Assembly (NCBI GenBank): GCA_031409275.1
Contig: JANNXA010000027.1
Coordinates: 114,146 to 178,145, forward strand
DNA length: 64,000 nucleotides
Direction of reading: 5' to 3'
DNA from: Planctomycetota bacterium
GTDB lineage: Bacteria > Planctomycetota > B15-G4 > SIAN01
How positions within the stretch are numbered: position 1 is the stretch's first letter; each line of letters opens with the position of its first letter. Under the pieces are notes generated by a model. That model was not told the origin of the DNA, made no database searches, and saw only the letters and a program-made list of their open reading frames with translations. Shown here in pieces: positions 52,023 to 61,087 of this stretch. Both the position numbers and the translations under genes were made by a program.

Positions 52023-52157
52023 GAGTCATCCGGCCAGGGTTGTGTGCAAGCACGTAAAACCTCCAATCATTCCTTCTTCTTCCCCTTTTCCCGAGAAGCC
52101 TTGACCGGGTGATTTTGATGACTCGCCGCCCGCCTCCCCCGGCGGGCGGTTTTGTTT
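52023..52157 (+). ncRNA. Candidate structured small RNA with a pyrimidine-rich loop
   Basis: GAGTCATC/GATGACTC and CCGGCCAGGGTT/AGCCTTGACCGG stems enclose a C/U-rich loop, followed by a + strand terminator. No + strand gene lies between the tRNA and ruvC. Confidence 0.45.
52126..52157 (+). terminator. Rho-independent terminator
   Basis: CCGCCCGCC-tccccc-GGCGGGCGG perfect 9-bp stem followed by TTTTGTTT. Confidence 0.8.
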
Positions 52158-52218
52158 GCGCTCGCCGTGTTCCGGCACGCGGAGGGACGCTCGCAGGCGA
52201 CGAGTGTCCTGACTGGAC

Positions 52219-52860
52219 TCAGCGCCGCCGCCGCGCGCGCCATCGGGCGACCGCCGCCGCCGCGTCCACGTTCGACGATGCGGCGCGAGGAGCGCCTCGC
52301 GCAGGGCGCTTCCGTTCGACGGTCGGCGCCATCGCGGCCGCGACTCGTTCGTTGCGTCGGATCAGTTCCTGCCCGGCGAGATGGCACCAGGCGACGGCGA
52401 CTGCATCGCTTTGGTCGAGCCAGTCCAACTCGGCGAGCGAGGTCATGCCCGGCAGCAGCGCCTGCAGCGCGCGAGCCACCTGTTCCTTGCTCGCGTTGCC
52501 GTTCCCGGTGACCGATTTCTTGACCCGCGCGGGCGCGTAGTCGAACGCGGGAAGTCCACGACTGCCCGCCAATGCGAGCGCACAGCCGCGCGCCTCCCCG
52601 AGTCGCAGCATCGAAAGTGCGTTCTTGCCGAAGAATGACGACTCCACGGCCACGCACTCGGGCGCCGTGCGGTCGACCACCTTCGCGAGCGCGCAGAACA
52701 GCCGTCCGAGCCGCACCGCGGGCGGTTCGCTCGCCGGAGCCGTCAGCACGCCGCTTTCGATGAGCCGCGGGGCGGTCGGTCCGCCCTCGATGATGGCGAA
52801 TCCCATTCGCAGCGTCCCGGGGTCGATGCCCAGGACTCGTCCCGTTCGCGCCGCTTCCAT
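52219..52860 (-). CDS. ruvC: Holliday junction resolvase RuvC
   Basis: VLGIDPG, VAVESSFFGKN, LGEARG, YAPARVKKSVTGNGNASKEQV and DQSDAVAVAWCH. Confidence 0.95.
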   Translation of the reverse strand: MEAARTGRVLGIDPGTLRMGFAIIEGGPTAPRLIESGVLTAPASEPPAVRLGRLFCALAKVVDRTAPECVAVESSFFGKNALSMLRLGEARGCALALAGSRGLPAFDYAPARVKKSVTGNGNASKEQVARALQALLPGMTSLAELDWLDQSDAVAVAWCHLAGQELIRRNERVAAAMAPTVERKRPARGAPRAASSNVDAAAAVARWRARRRR

Positions 52861-52884
52861 GGTCGCGGATTGTAAGAAGGGGCG

Positions 52885-54066
52885 ATGACGATGATGCGAC
52901 GGGATGTCGGAGTGATCGTGGTCGCCGCCGGCCGCTCGACCCGAATGGGCGCAGCGGTGCCGAAGGTCTGGCTGCCATTGCGTGGCCAGCCGATGCTGGC
53001 CCACTCGCTGCGCACGCTCGCACTCTGGGACGCGCTGGCGGCCATCGTATTGGTGGTGCGCCAGGAGGAACTCGCGCGCGCGCGCGAACTGCTCGACGCC
53101 CTTCCAGGCGTTTTGCGCGACAGGACGCAGGTGGTCGCTGGCGGCCGCGAACGCAGCGATTCCGTCCGCTGCGGGCTCGCGGCGCTGGCGGCACTCGCGC
53201 CCGACATCGTCCTGGTCCACGATGCGGCGCGGCCGAACGCATCGTTGGCCTTGTTCGAGTCCGTTGCCGCTGCCGCGCGTCTGCACGGGGCCGCCGTGCC
53301 CGCGCTTCCTGTCGTCGACACGCTGCGCCGCCGCACCGACGATGGCCGCAGCGTCACCATCGATCGCAGCGGCCTCCACGCGGTGCAGACTCCGCAAGGC
53401 TTCTCGCGTGAACTGCTCGCACGCGCGCACGCGCGGACGACGGACGCGGCCGCCACCACCGACGACGCCATGCTGGTCGAGGCGCTGGGCGAGCCGATCG
53501 CGTGGGTCGCAGGCGAAGCGGCCAACCTGAAAGTGACGCTGCCGGCCGATTTCGAGCTGGCCGCGAACGGAGTGCAGGAGCGTTCGATGGAGGTACGCGT
53601 CGGAATCGGCCACGATCTTCATCGTCTGGCCGCGGGCGGACCGCTGCGCCTCGGCGGTCTCGACCTTCCGGGCGAGGTTCATGCGGTGGGCACCAGCGAC
53701 GGCGATCCGCTGCTGCACGCGCTCACCGATGCGCTGCTGGGCGCCTGCGCGCTCGGCGACATCGGCACGCACTTCCCCGATCGCGCTCCAGAGAACCGCG
53801 GCCGCGACTCTGCGGACTTCCTGCGCCATGCGCTGGCCTTGCTGGTCCAACGCGGATACGCGCCGCGACAGCTTGATGCCGTGATCCGGCTCGAGCGGCC
53901 GAAGCTCGCACCGCATCGGGATGCGCTGGTCGCACGGCTGGCGGCATTGCTCGATCTGCCGCTCGATGCGGTGTCGATCAAGGCGAAGACGGCCGAGGGG
54001 CTCGACGCCGTCGGCGAAGGGCGCGCGATCGCCTGCGAGGTGGTCGTGCAGGTCGGTCGGGTCTAG
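52885..54066 (+). CDS. ispDF: Bifunctional IspD/IspF (MEP pathway)
   Basis: AAGRSTRM, GGRERSDSV, LVHDAARP, QTPQGF, TDDA and NLKVT (IspD), fused to RVGIGHDLHRL, SDGD..LHALTDALLGA..LGDIG.HFP and SIKAKT.EGL (IspF). Confidence 0.93.
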   Translation: MTMMRRDVGVIVVAAGRSTRMGAAVPKVWLPLRGQPMLAHSLRTLALWDALAAIVLVVRQEELARARELLDALPGVLRDRTQVVAGGRERSDSVRCGLAALAALAPDIVLVHDAARPNASLALFESVAAAARLHGAAVPALPVVDTLRRRTDDGRSVTIDRSGLHAVQTPQGFSRELLARAHARTTDAAATTDDAMLVEALGEPIAWVAGEAANLKVTLPADFELAANGVQERSMEVRVGIGHDLHRLAAGGPLRLGGLDLPGEVHAVGTSDGDPLLHALTDALLGACALGDIGTHFPDRAPENRGRDSADFLRHALALLVQRGYAPRQLDAVIRLERPKLAPHRDALVARLAALLDLPLDAVSIKAKTAEGLDAVGEGRAIACEVVVQVGRV

Positions 54067-54992
54067 CCGCGGGTCGCGCGCGTCGCTGCGAAGCCACGCA
54101 GCGCGTGCCAGAGATCGACGTGGATCGCAACCACGTCCTCGACTTCGGGCGGGTAGCCGCCGGCTAGCACCGCGGCGACCGCCATGCCACGACGATCCGC
54201 TTCCGCGAGCACGAAGCGGTCGCGTTCCCGAAGGCCATCGCGCGTGAGTTTCAGGTCGCCGAGGCGGTCGAGTTGGTACGGGTCGGCACCGGCGACATAG
54301 AGCAGCAACGGCGCTGGATGTTCGTCGAGGAAACCGGGCAACGTCCGTTCGAGCGCTTCGAGGTAGGTCGCATCGTCGCTGCCACCCGGAAGGCCGACAT
54401 CGAGCGTGCTCCTCGCCTTGGGGATCGGATAGAGGTCCTCCTGGTGGATCGAATACGTGGCGATCGCATCGTCGTCGGCGAATGCCGCGGCGGTCCCGTT
54501 GCCTTGGTGCAGGTCGACGTCGACCACCACCGCGCGCTGCAACCGTTGCTCGGCGCGCGCGGCCGCCAACGCGACGGCGACGTCGTTGTAGAAGCAGAAC
54601 CCTTCGCCGCGATCGGGGAAGGCGTGGTGGAAGCCGCCGCCGAGCGAGATCGCCGCGCCGTGCTCGATCGCGGCCAGCACCGCGAGGCGCGTCCCTTCGC
54701 AGTGGTGCTCCACCGTCTCGACCACGCTTCGCGACAGCGGGATCTCGAATCGCAACGCGACGCGATGGCGGTCCGCGGTGAGGCGCTCGATCTCGTCGAC
54801 GTGGCGTCGCGTGTGGACGCGCAGCAGCGCCTCGCGTGCGATGCGGCCAGGCGTCACCACCGCCTCGTCGGTCACGCCGACGGCTCGCAAGGCGTCTCGC
54901 ACCAACCGGTACTTCGCCGTGGGGAAGACATGCCCGGGCCAGGCCAGCTCGTAAGCGGGCGACCAGACGACCGTCGGTTCGCGCTCGTTCAT
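54063..54992 (-). CDS. Histone deacetylase family protein
   Basis: HVFPTAKY, GGGFHHA, GFCFYND, DVDLHQGNG, GADP...D.LG and GGY. Confidence 0.92.
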   Translation of the reverse strand: MNEREPTVVWSPAYELAWPGHVFPTAKYRLVRDALRAVGVTDEAVVTPGRIAREALLRVHTRRHVDEIERLTADRHRVALRFEIPLSRSVVETVEHHCEGTRLAVLAAIEHGAAISLGGGFHHAFPDRGEGFCFYNDVAVALAAARAEQRLQRAVVVDVDLHQGNGTAAAFADDDAIATYSIHQEDLYPIPKARSTLDVGLPGGSDDATYLEALERTLPGFLDEHPAPLLLYVAGADPYQLDRLGDLKLTRDGLRERDRFVLAEADRRGMAVAAVLAGGYPPEVEDVVAIHVDLWHALRGFAATRATRG

Positions 54993-57900
54993 GCCTCGAG
55001 GCGCGGGAACGCGGCGAGCGCTCCCGCCGCATCGGCGTTCGCGCCGCGCTCGACCAGCACGAACGTCTCGGGCGCGATCCGGCGCAGCAGGGCCGCCACT
55101 CCGGCGTCCCATTCGACGAACGGCTCGAGCACGAGCAGATCGGGCCGCGCTCGCCGCACCAGAGTCACCAAGTCGAGCACCGCGTCGCGGCTCTTGCGCG
55201 GGTCGAAGGCGAGCAGTTCGTCGGCGCGGTGACCGTCCCTTCGCGCCACGGCCAATGCGGCATCGAGCCGACCCGGGCGCACCGCAGCGACGACGCGGGC
55301 GGCCACCTTTGCCCGTTCCACCGATCCCGGCAACGCCAGCGCTGCCATGCGGGTCAATGCCCGTGCGTGCTCGGCGACGCATGTTGGGTCGAAGCGCCGC
55401 TGCGCCGTGATCGCCGCGCGGGCGCCAGCAGCGGCGAGGCGCGCTCGATCGGCGACCGCGCGGACTTGCTGGGCGAGCGCGCCAGCGTCTTCGTCGACCA
55501 GCCATCCGTCGACGTCGTGCTCGATGAGCTCAGGCAGCGGCGCGCGGCGCATGGCGACGACCGGTCGCGCCATCGCCATCCACTCGCGCACGGCGCGACA
55601 CGACACATCCGTGCCTGGCACCAGGAAGAGTCCGGCGTCGCAGGCGGCGAGCGCGTCGACGTACGCCTCGCCCTCCTGGTAGCCCGGCATGCGGGTCACC
55701 GATTGAAGTCCGAGTCGCGCGATCGGCTCGCGTGCCAGCTCGTCCTCGTGCGTCCCGCGACCCAGCAGTACCAGCTGCGGCGCCTGGCCCTGCTCGTGCA
55801 GTCGCTGCCATGCGGCCAGCAGCAGCTCGAATCGCCGATGGCGTTGGATGCGAGCGACGATGCCGAACACGACGGCATCGGCGTCGAGGCCGAGGCGCGC
55901 GCGCCCGCGTGCACGTCGCTCCTCGTCGTAACGGAATCGGTCGCGCTCGACGCTTGTCTCGAGCACCGCAACCTCGAAGCGCGGCCGTTGCAGCGCGTCC
56001 TCGAGCGCGTGCGCGAGCCCGCGGGTCGGCGTCACGAGGAGTTGCGCGCGCCGGAGCAGCCGACGCGTCGTCAACGGATAGGGACCCGACTCGTGGACGC
56101 ACCGGATCAGCGCGGGGCGTGGTTCGAGGGAATCGGCGACGCGCGCCATGGCGGCGTGGTCGCCATCAAGATGGACCGCGACGGTCACGGGCGCCGCCGC
56201 GACGATCAGCGGCTGCAGCGCCGCTGAACTGCGCGGGGTTCGCAGCGGATTCCAGTGCTTGTGCAACTCGGGCACGATGCGGTGGGGGACGCCGCGTGCC
56301 GCCGCCTTGAGGGCGATGGGATGCGGGTCGCCGCGCGCCGGTGGCCGGCCGAGCAGCAGAGTGGCCGGCGGCTTGAAGAAGCTCGCGAGCGCCACCGCCG
56401 GTTCGGCCGGGCCGGTCCACTTCCAGTTGCCGAACAGATGGAGCGTCGGCAGGGCGACGACATCGAGACGGGGTGCGCGCCCCTGCCGATGCTGTCGTTG
56501 CGCGAGGCGGTGCGCGGAGGCGGTGAGCAGCGTTCGCTCCGACGCTGCGTCGCGGTGCAGGGCGCGCAGCAGTTTGCGGACGAATCGCCAGCGTTGCGGG
56601 GACGAGTAGAGGGTGCGCGGGACGTCGCCGAGCTGGGCCAGCGCGCGCACGAGCTGACGTTCGCTGAACCTTGTGCCGGGACGGGCGGCGTCGAGGTCGA
56701 CGAGACGCAGCTCGAAGCCTCCGGCGCGCTCGACCAGCAGCAGGTTCTTCAGCGAGAGGTCGGGGTGGACGAATCGCTGCTCGATCAGCGCGAGGAGCAG
56801 CTCGAGCATTCGCTTCGCGACCGCTTCCACGCGCGCTCGTTCCGGCGTCGAGAGCGCAAGGCCCGCGGCGGGCTGTGCTTCGTGCGCCGCGAGATGCAGC
56901 GGCCGGGCGCCGTCGATCGCGCGCGCGAGCGCGAAGGCGTGTTCCGTCGAGCGCTCGACCGCTGCGAGCGGCGCAGCCACCGGCAGGTCGCGCGCCTGCG
57001 CGGCCACGCCGTTGCCGAACGCGGCCCGCGCGCGCCGCCACGCTCCGCGACCGCGGAACTCCTTCACCACGATCGCGCCGCCGCTGCCGGCAAGGCGTGA
57101 AAGCGTGCTGCGCCGGCCGCATCGCAACAGCCGTTCGTCACCCGTCGCGACGGCGGCGGCGTGGTCGGCGAGCAGCGCCTCGATCGCGACGGGCGAAAGG
57201 GTGCGGTCGTGGCTGGCGCGGGCGCCGTCGGCCAGCGTCGACTGCGCGAAGCGCGAGCTCTCCACGAAGGCGCGTCCGCTGCGGCTCGTCGCGTGGGCGC
57301 GTCGCCGTTGCGCGAGGGCGCGGCGAACGGCTTCCCGCGCCACCGCGAGGTCGTCGCGCGCTTCCGCCAGCTCGTCCTGCTCCTCGGCAGAGCAGCAGTA
57401 GCGCAGCGAGTGCAGCAGGTCGCCGATGTCGCGCGCGCGCAGCGACTCGGGCACGCAACCCAGTTCGATCGCGCCGTGCAGGTCGATGCACTCGAGTTGC
57501 GCCGCCGGGCCGGCGCCGTCGTGCAGGAGCAGGTTCCCCGCATGGAAGTCGCGGTGCCAGATGCCCGCCTCGTGGATGGCGGTCAACGTGGCCAGCGCGC
57601 GGCGCACGAGGGTGAATTTGGTGGGCGAGCGATCGCCGGGCGTGAAGCGCCGCTCGAGCCATTGACCGAGCGTCTGCACGCCGAGCAGCCGCACGCCCAC
57701 GAACCATGAAGGCACACCCGGCTCATCGCGGGCGGACTCGCGCACGGCGAGCGGACGCGGAGTGGGGATCCCGCGAGCGAGGAAGGTCCGCGCCATCGCC
57801 AGTTCCGCGGCGGCACGCAGTCCCAGCTGGTCGCGCGCCCGTCCCAGCGCTCCGCGCCGCGCCGGATAGCGCTTGAGCAGGAGCGGCGGCAGCCCGGGCA

Positions 57901-58084
57901 GCTCCGCGCCGAAGACCTCGCGCCGCGCCGACCGCTTCAGCGCGAAGAGCGGCGCCACGCGCCGATCGGCGGCGATCAGCTCGGCAAGCGGCGACGTCAG
58001 GAGGCCGCGCGCGTCGGCGGCGATTCGCCACCGTCCGCCCGTTGCATCGACCTCCGACTGGAATCCTTCCGCCGCGTCCTGCAT
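54989..58084 (-). CDS. Fusion of two LPS-kinase (Kdo/WaaP/InaA-like) domains and a GT4 glycosyltransferase
   Basis: Kinase 1: LLKRY...WHRDFHAGNLL...IDL. Kinase 2: VVKEF...VHPDLSLKNLL...LVDLD. GT4: HLFGNWKWTGPAEP...VARIQRHRRF...SCRAVREWMAMARPVV...ELIEHDVDGWLV. Confidence 0.8.
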   Translation of the reverse strand: MQDAAEGFQSEVDATGGRWRIAADARGLLTSPLAELIAADRRVAPLFALKRSARREVFGAELPGLPPLLLKRYPARRGALGRARDQLGLRAAAELAMARTFLARGIPTPRPLAVRESARDEPGVPSWFVGVRLLGVQTLGQWLERRFTPGDRSPTKFTLVRRALATLTAIHEAGIWHRDFHAGNLLLHDGAGPAAQLECIDLHGAIELGCVPESLRARDIGDLLHSLRYCCSAEEQDELAEARDDLAVAREAVRRALAQRRRAHATSRSGRAFVESSRFAQSTLADGARASHDRTLSPVAIEALLADHAAAVATGDERLLRCGRRSTLSRLAGSGGAIVVKEFRGRGAWRRARAAFGNGVAAQARDLPVAAPLAAVERSTEHAFALARAIDGARPLHLAAHEAQPAAGLALSTPERARVEAVAKRMLELLLALIEQRFVHPDLSLKNLLLVERAGGFELRLVDLDAARPGTRFSERQLVRALAQLGDVPRTLYSSPQRWRFVRKLLRALHRDAASERTLLTASAHRLAQRQHRQGRAPRLDVVALPTLHLFGNWKWTGPAEPAVALASFFKPPATLLLGRPPARGDPHPIALKAAARGVPHRIVPELHKHWNPLRTPRSSAALQPLIVAAAPVTVAVHLDGDHAAMARVADSLEPRPALIRCVHESGPYPLTTRRLLRRAQLLVTPTRGLAHALEDALQRPRFEVAVLETSVERDRFRYDEERRARGRARLGLDADAVVFGIVARIQRHRRFELLLAAWQRLHEQGQAPQLVLLGRGTHEDELAREPIARLGLQSVTRMPGYQEGEAYVDALAACDAGLFLVPGTDVSCRAVREWMAMARPVVAMRRAPLPELIEHDVDGWLVDEDAGALAQQVRAVADRARLAAAGARAAITAQRRFDPTCVAEHARALTRMAALALPGSVERAKVAARVVAAVRPGRLDAALAVARRDGHRADELLAFDPRKSRDAVLDLVTLVRRARPDLLVLEPFVEWDAGVAALLRRIAPETFVLVERGANADAAGALAAFPRLEA

Positions 58085-58126
58085 CGTCGCCGCCGTTTGC
58101 CGCGTCTTCCGGAACGAGGAGCCATC

Positions 58127-59257
58127 TTGGCGCGCGCCCTCACCGTCTTCCACTTGAACACCGAGCGAACCTGGCGCGGCGGCGAAGGGCAGACCCTCGC
58201 GCTGGCCAGCGGATTGGCGCGTCGCGGCGACGTCAGCGTCGTCATCGCGCAGCGCGGCGGCGAGCTCGCGCGCCGCTCCGAGGCCGCCGGTCTGCCCACC
58301 GAAGCGATCGCGATGCGGGGCGAGTGGGATCTGCCGGCGGTGCGCACGCTGGCGGCGCTGATGCGAGCGCGGCGGCCCGACATCGTCCACATGCACACGT
58401 CGCACGCCCATACGCTGGGCGTGCTGGCGTCGAAATGGACGGCGATCGGGCGTCGGGTGGTCTCGCGGCGCGTCGACTTCAGCATCCATCGCCACCGCTT
58501 CTCGCTTTCAGGCCTCAAGTACCGCCACGGCGTCGACGGCTACATCGCGATCTCGGAAGCGGTGCGCGAGCAGCTGGTGCGCGACGGGGTGGCGCGCGAA
58601 CGCATCGAACTGGTCCACAGCGGCATCGATCCGGCGCGCGTCGTCGGAGGGAACGGCGCCCGCGCACGTGCCGAGCTCGGCGTCCCGGCCGGCGTCCCGC
58701 TGATCGGCACCATCGCCCATTTCGGCTGGCACAAGTCGCTCGAGACGCTGATCGGCGCCGCGGAGAGCGTCGTGCGCGAGCTGCCCGACGCGCGCATCGC
58801 GCTGATCGGCGATGGCGATCTGCGGCCGCAACTGGAAGCGGTCCGCGCGGCGAGTCCGGCAGCGGCGCGCGTGCTGATGCCCGGGTTTCGCGCCAACGTG
58901 GGCGACTACCTCGCCGCGTTCGACCTGTTCGTGATGCCTTCGGTGATGGAAGGGCTGTGCACGTCGATCCTCGACGCCTTCGCGGTGGGAGTGCCGGTCG
59001 TCGCCTGCCGGGCCGGCGGCATCCCGGAGCTCGTTCGCGACCGGGACACGGGCCGGCTCGTCGCGCCGCGCGATCCTGCCGCGCTAGCCGCCGCGATCGT
59101 CGAGACGTGGCGCGATGCCGCCGCGCGAGCGCGCTACGTCGAGGCCGCGCGCGCGCATCTCGCCTCCGAATTCACCCACGACGCGATGGTCGAAGGCACG
59201 CAGCGCGTCTATCGCAAGCTGCTGGCGGCAGCGCCCGCGCGCGGCGAGGGCCGTTAG
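58127..59257 (+). CDS. Glycosyltransferase family 4
   Basis: TWRGGEGQ, PDIVHMHTSHAH, SRRVDF and DLFVMPSVMEGLCTSILDA...PVVA...GGIPE. TTG start after GAGGAG. Confidence 0.9.
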   Translation: MARALTVFHLNTERTWRGGEGQTLALASGLARRGDVSVVIAQRGGELARRSEAAGLPTEAIAMRGEWDLPAVRTLAALMRARRPDIVHMHTSHAHTLGVLASKWTAIGRRVVSRRVDFSIHRHRFSLSGLKYRHGVDGYIAISEAVREQLVRDGVARERIELVHSGIDPARVVGGNGARARAELGVPAGVPLIGTIAHFGWHKSLETLIGAAESVVRELPDARIALIGDGDLRPQLEAVRAASPAAARVLMPGFRANVGDYLAAFDLFVMPSVMEGLCTSILDAFAVGVPVVACRAGGIPELVRDRDTGRLVAPRDPAALAAAIVETWRDAAARARYVEAARAHLASEFTHDAMVEGTQRVYRKLLAAAPARGEGR

Positions 59258-59919
59258 CGACGCGACGGGCACAGCGGCGCGAGCGCGCACCGCTGGCACT
59301 GCGGACGGCGCGCGATGCAGACGGCGCGGCCGTGGTGGATCAGTCGGTGGGAGAACGCGACCCACTCTTCTTGGGGCAGGAGTGTCATCAGGTCGCGCTC
59401 GATCTTGACCGGGTCGTTCGCCGTCGTCAGCGCAAGCAGTCTTGCGATCCGCATCACGTGCGTGTCGACGACGACGCCGACGGCGATGCCGAATGCGGTG
59501 CCGAGCACGACATTCGCGGTCTTGCGCGCGACTCCGGGCAGCGCCACGAGTTCGGCCATGGTGCGAGGCACTTCACCGCCATGTCGCTCGACGAGCGCGT
59601 ACCCGCAGCCGCGGAGGTTCTTCGCCTTCGCGTTGAAGAATCCGGTCGAGCGGATCAGCGATTCGAGCGCGCCGGGCGGGCTCTGCGCGTAGTCCTGCGC
59701 CGTCCTGCAACGGGCGAAGAGCGCCGGCGTGACGAGGTTGACGCGCGCGTCGGTGCACTGCGCCGACAGGATGGTCGCGACGAGCAGTTCGAGCGGATTG
59801 GCGTGGTCGAGCGCGCATTTGGGCACGCCGTACTCGCGGTCGAGCGCGGCGACGATGGCCTGCGCACGCGCATGGCGCGCCACCTTCGATTCGCGAGGGG
59901 AGGGGCGCGTCGGGCTCAT
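59254..59919 (-). CDS. nth: Endonuclease III
   Basis: LVATILSAQCTDARVN, LPGVARKTANVV, VDTHV and C-terminal C..RRPQCQRC.L..LCP 4Fe-4S motif. Confidence 0.95.
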   Translation of the reverse strand: MSPTRPSPRESKVARHARAQAIVAALDREYGVPKCALDHANPLELLVATILSAQCTDARVNLVTPALFARCRTAQDYAQSPPGALESLIRSTGFFNAKAKNLRGCGYALVERHGGEVPRTMAELVALPGVARKTANVVLGTAFGIAVGVVVDTHVMRIARLLALTTANDPVKIERDLMTLLPQEEWVAFSHRLIHHGRAVCIARRPQCQRCALAPLCPSRR

Positions 59920-61087
59920 GCATGCCGATGGTATCCTCCGCGCCACCTTGACCGCCGCTGCGCGCCATCCTCGAAGAAACGATGCTGCGGGACGCGCTGC
60001 GCGCGCCGTTGCGCTGCGGATCGCCGTGGTCGGGCTCGGCATCGGCCGCTCGCAAGTGCGAGCGCTGCGAGCGCCGCCGCCGCCAGGCGAGGAACCCGGT
60101 GTGCCGCCCCTCGAAGTGGTCGCGTTGTGCGACGACGATCCGCGCCGGCTGCGTCTCGCGGGCGCCGAATTCGGCATCGCCGCGCGCTACGCCGACTTCG
60201 CCCGCATGCTCGAGGCGGAGCGTCCCGACGCGGTTCTGCTGGCGACTCCCAACGACCTGCACGCACCCATGGGCATCGCCGCGCTCGAGGCGGGTTGTCA
60301 TGTGCTGGTCGAGCCGCCGCTCGCCCACACGTTGGCGGCTGCGCGCGAGTTCGCCGCCGCCGCGACGCGGACGCGCCAACGGGTGATGCTCGACCTCTTC
60401 GATCGCTTCGGCGCGGCGGCGCGAACGGTGAAGGCGTGGCTGGCGTCGGGTCGCTGCGGGCCGCTCTACCACGCGAACACCTACTTCTGCCGGACGCGCA
60501 GCCTGCCGGCCGCGGGCAGCTGGTACACGCAGCGCAAGCGTGCCGGCGGCGGGCCGGTGTTGGACCTCGGCGTCCATCGAATCGACCTCGCGCTGTGGTT
60601 CATGGGCGATCCGGCGGTCGAGTCGGTGTCGGCGGTGACGCACGGCGCGCTTGGTCGCGCCCTGTCGCGCCGGCACCGTGGCGCGCGCTTCGACGTCGAG
60701 GAGTTTGGCGGTGGCTTGCTGCGTTGCGCCGGCGGGCGCGCCGTCGTCTTCGAGGTCTCCTGGGCCGAGAACAGCGGGCGCCGCCAGATCATGCTGACGC
60801 GAGTGCTCGGCGTGCGTGGCGGCGCGATCCACCGCAATCTCGACCACACGGACGAGTTCGTTGCCGAGCTCCACGCGGACCGCAACGGCACGCTGGTGAC
60901 GCCGTCCGCGGAGCCTTGGCGCAGCGGCGCACGCTCCCCGGTCCGCGAATTCGCTCGCTCGATCGTCGATCCGACCTGCGTCGTCCCCGATCTGGCGACC
61001 GGGCTGCGGCTCCAGCGAGTGCTTGCCGCGATCGACCGTTCGGCGCGCGAAGGGCGAGAGGTCGCGCTCGCGGAGATCGACGAGTGA
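59918..61087 (+). CDS. Gfo/Idh/MocA family oxidoreductase
   Basis: RIAVVGLG, PDAVLLATPNDLH, AGCHVLVEPP and GGGPVLDLGVHRIDL. Start uncertain; the true N-terminus is probably near 60010. Confidence 0.8.
   Translation: MHADGILRATLTAAARHPRRNDAAGRAARAVALRIAVVGLGIGRSQVRALRAPPPPGEEPGVPPLEVVALCDDDPRRLRLAGAEFGIAARYADFARMLEAERPDAVLLATPNDLHAPMGIAALEAGCHVLVEPPLAHTLAAAREFAAAATRTRQRVMLDLFDRFGAAARTVKAWLASGRCGPLYHANTYFCRTRSLPAAGSWYTQRKRAGGGPVLDLGVHRIDLALWFMGDPAVESVSAVTHGALGRALSRRHRGARFDVEEFGGGLLRCAGGRAVVFEVSWAENSGRRQIMLTRVLGVRGGAIHRNLDHTDEFVAELHADRNGTLVTPSAEPWRSGARSPVREFARSIVDPTCVVPDLATGLRLQRVLAAIDRSAREGREVALAEIDE

Noticed and set aside
52861..55032. Long 5' extension of the ruvC ORF (937 aa); likewise the extensions of the mlaF, nuoD, nuoI, GT2 (58042) and HDAC ORFs
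   Set aside because: The extensions overlap other real genes. The recognisable domains begin at internal starts.
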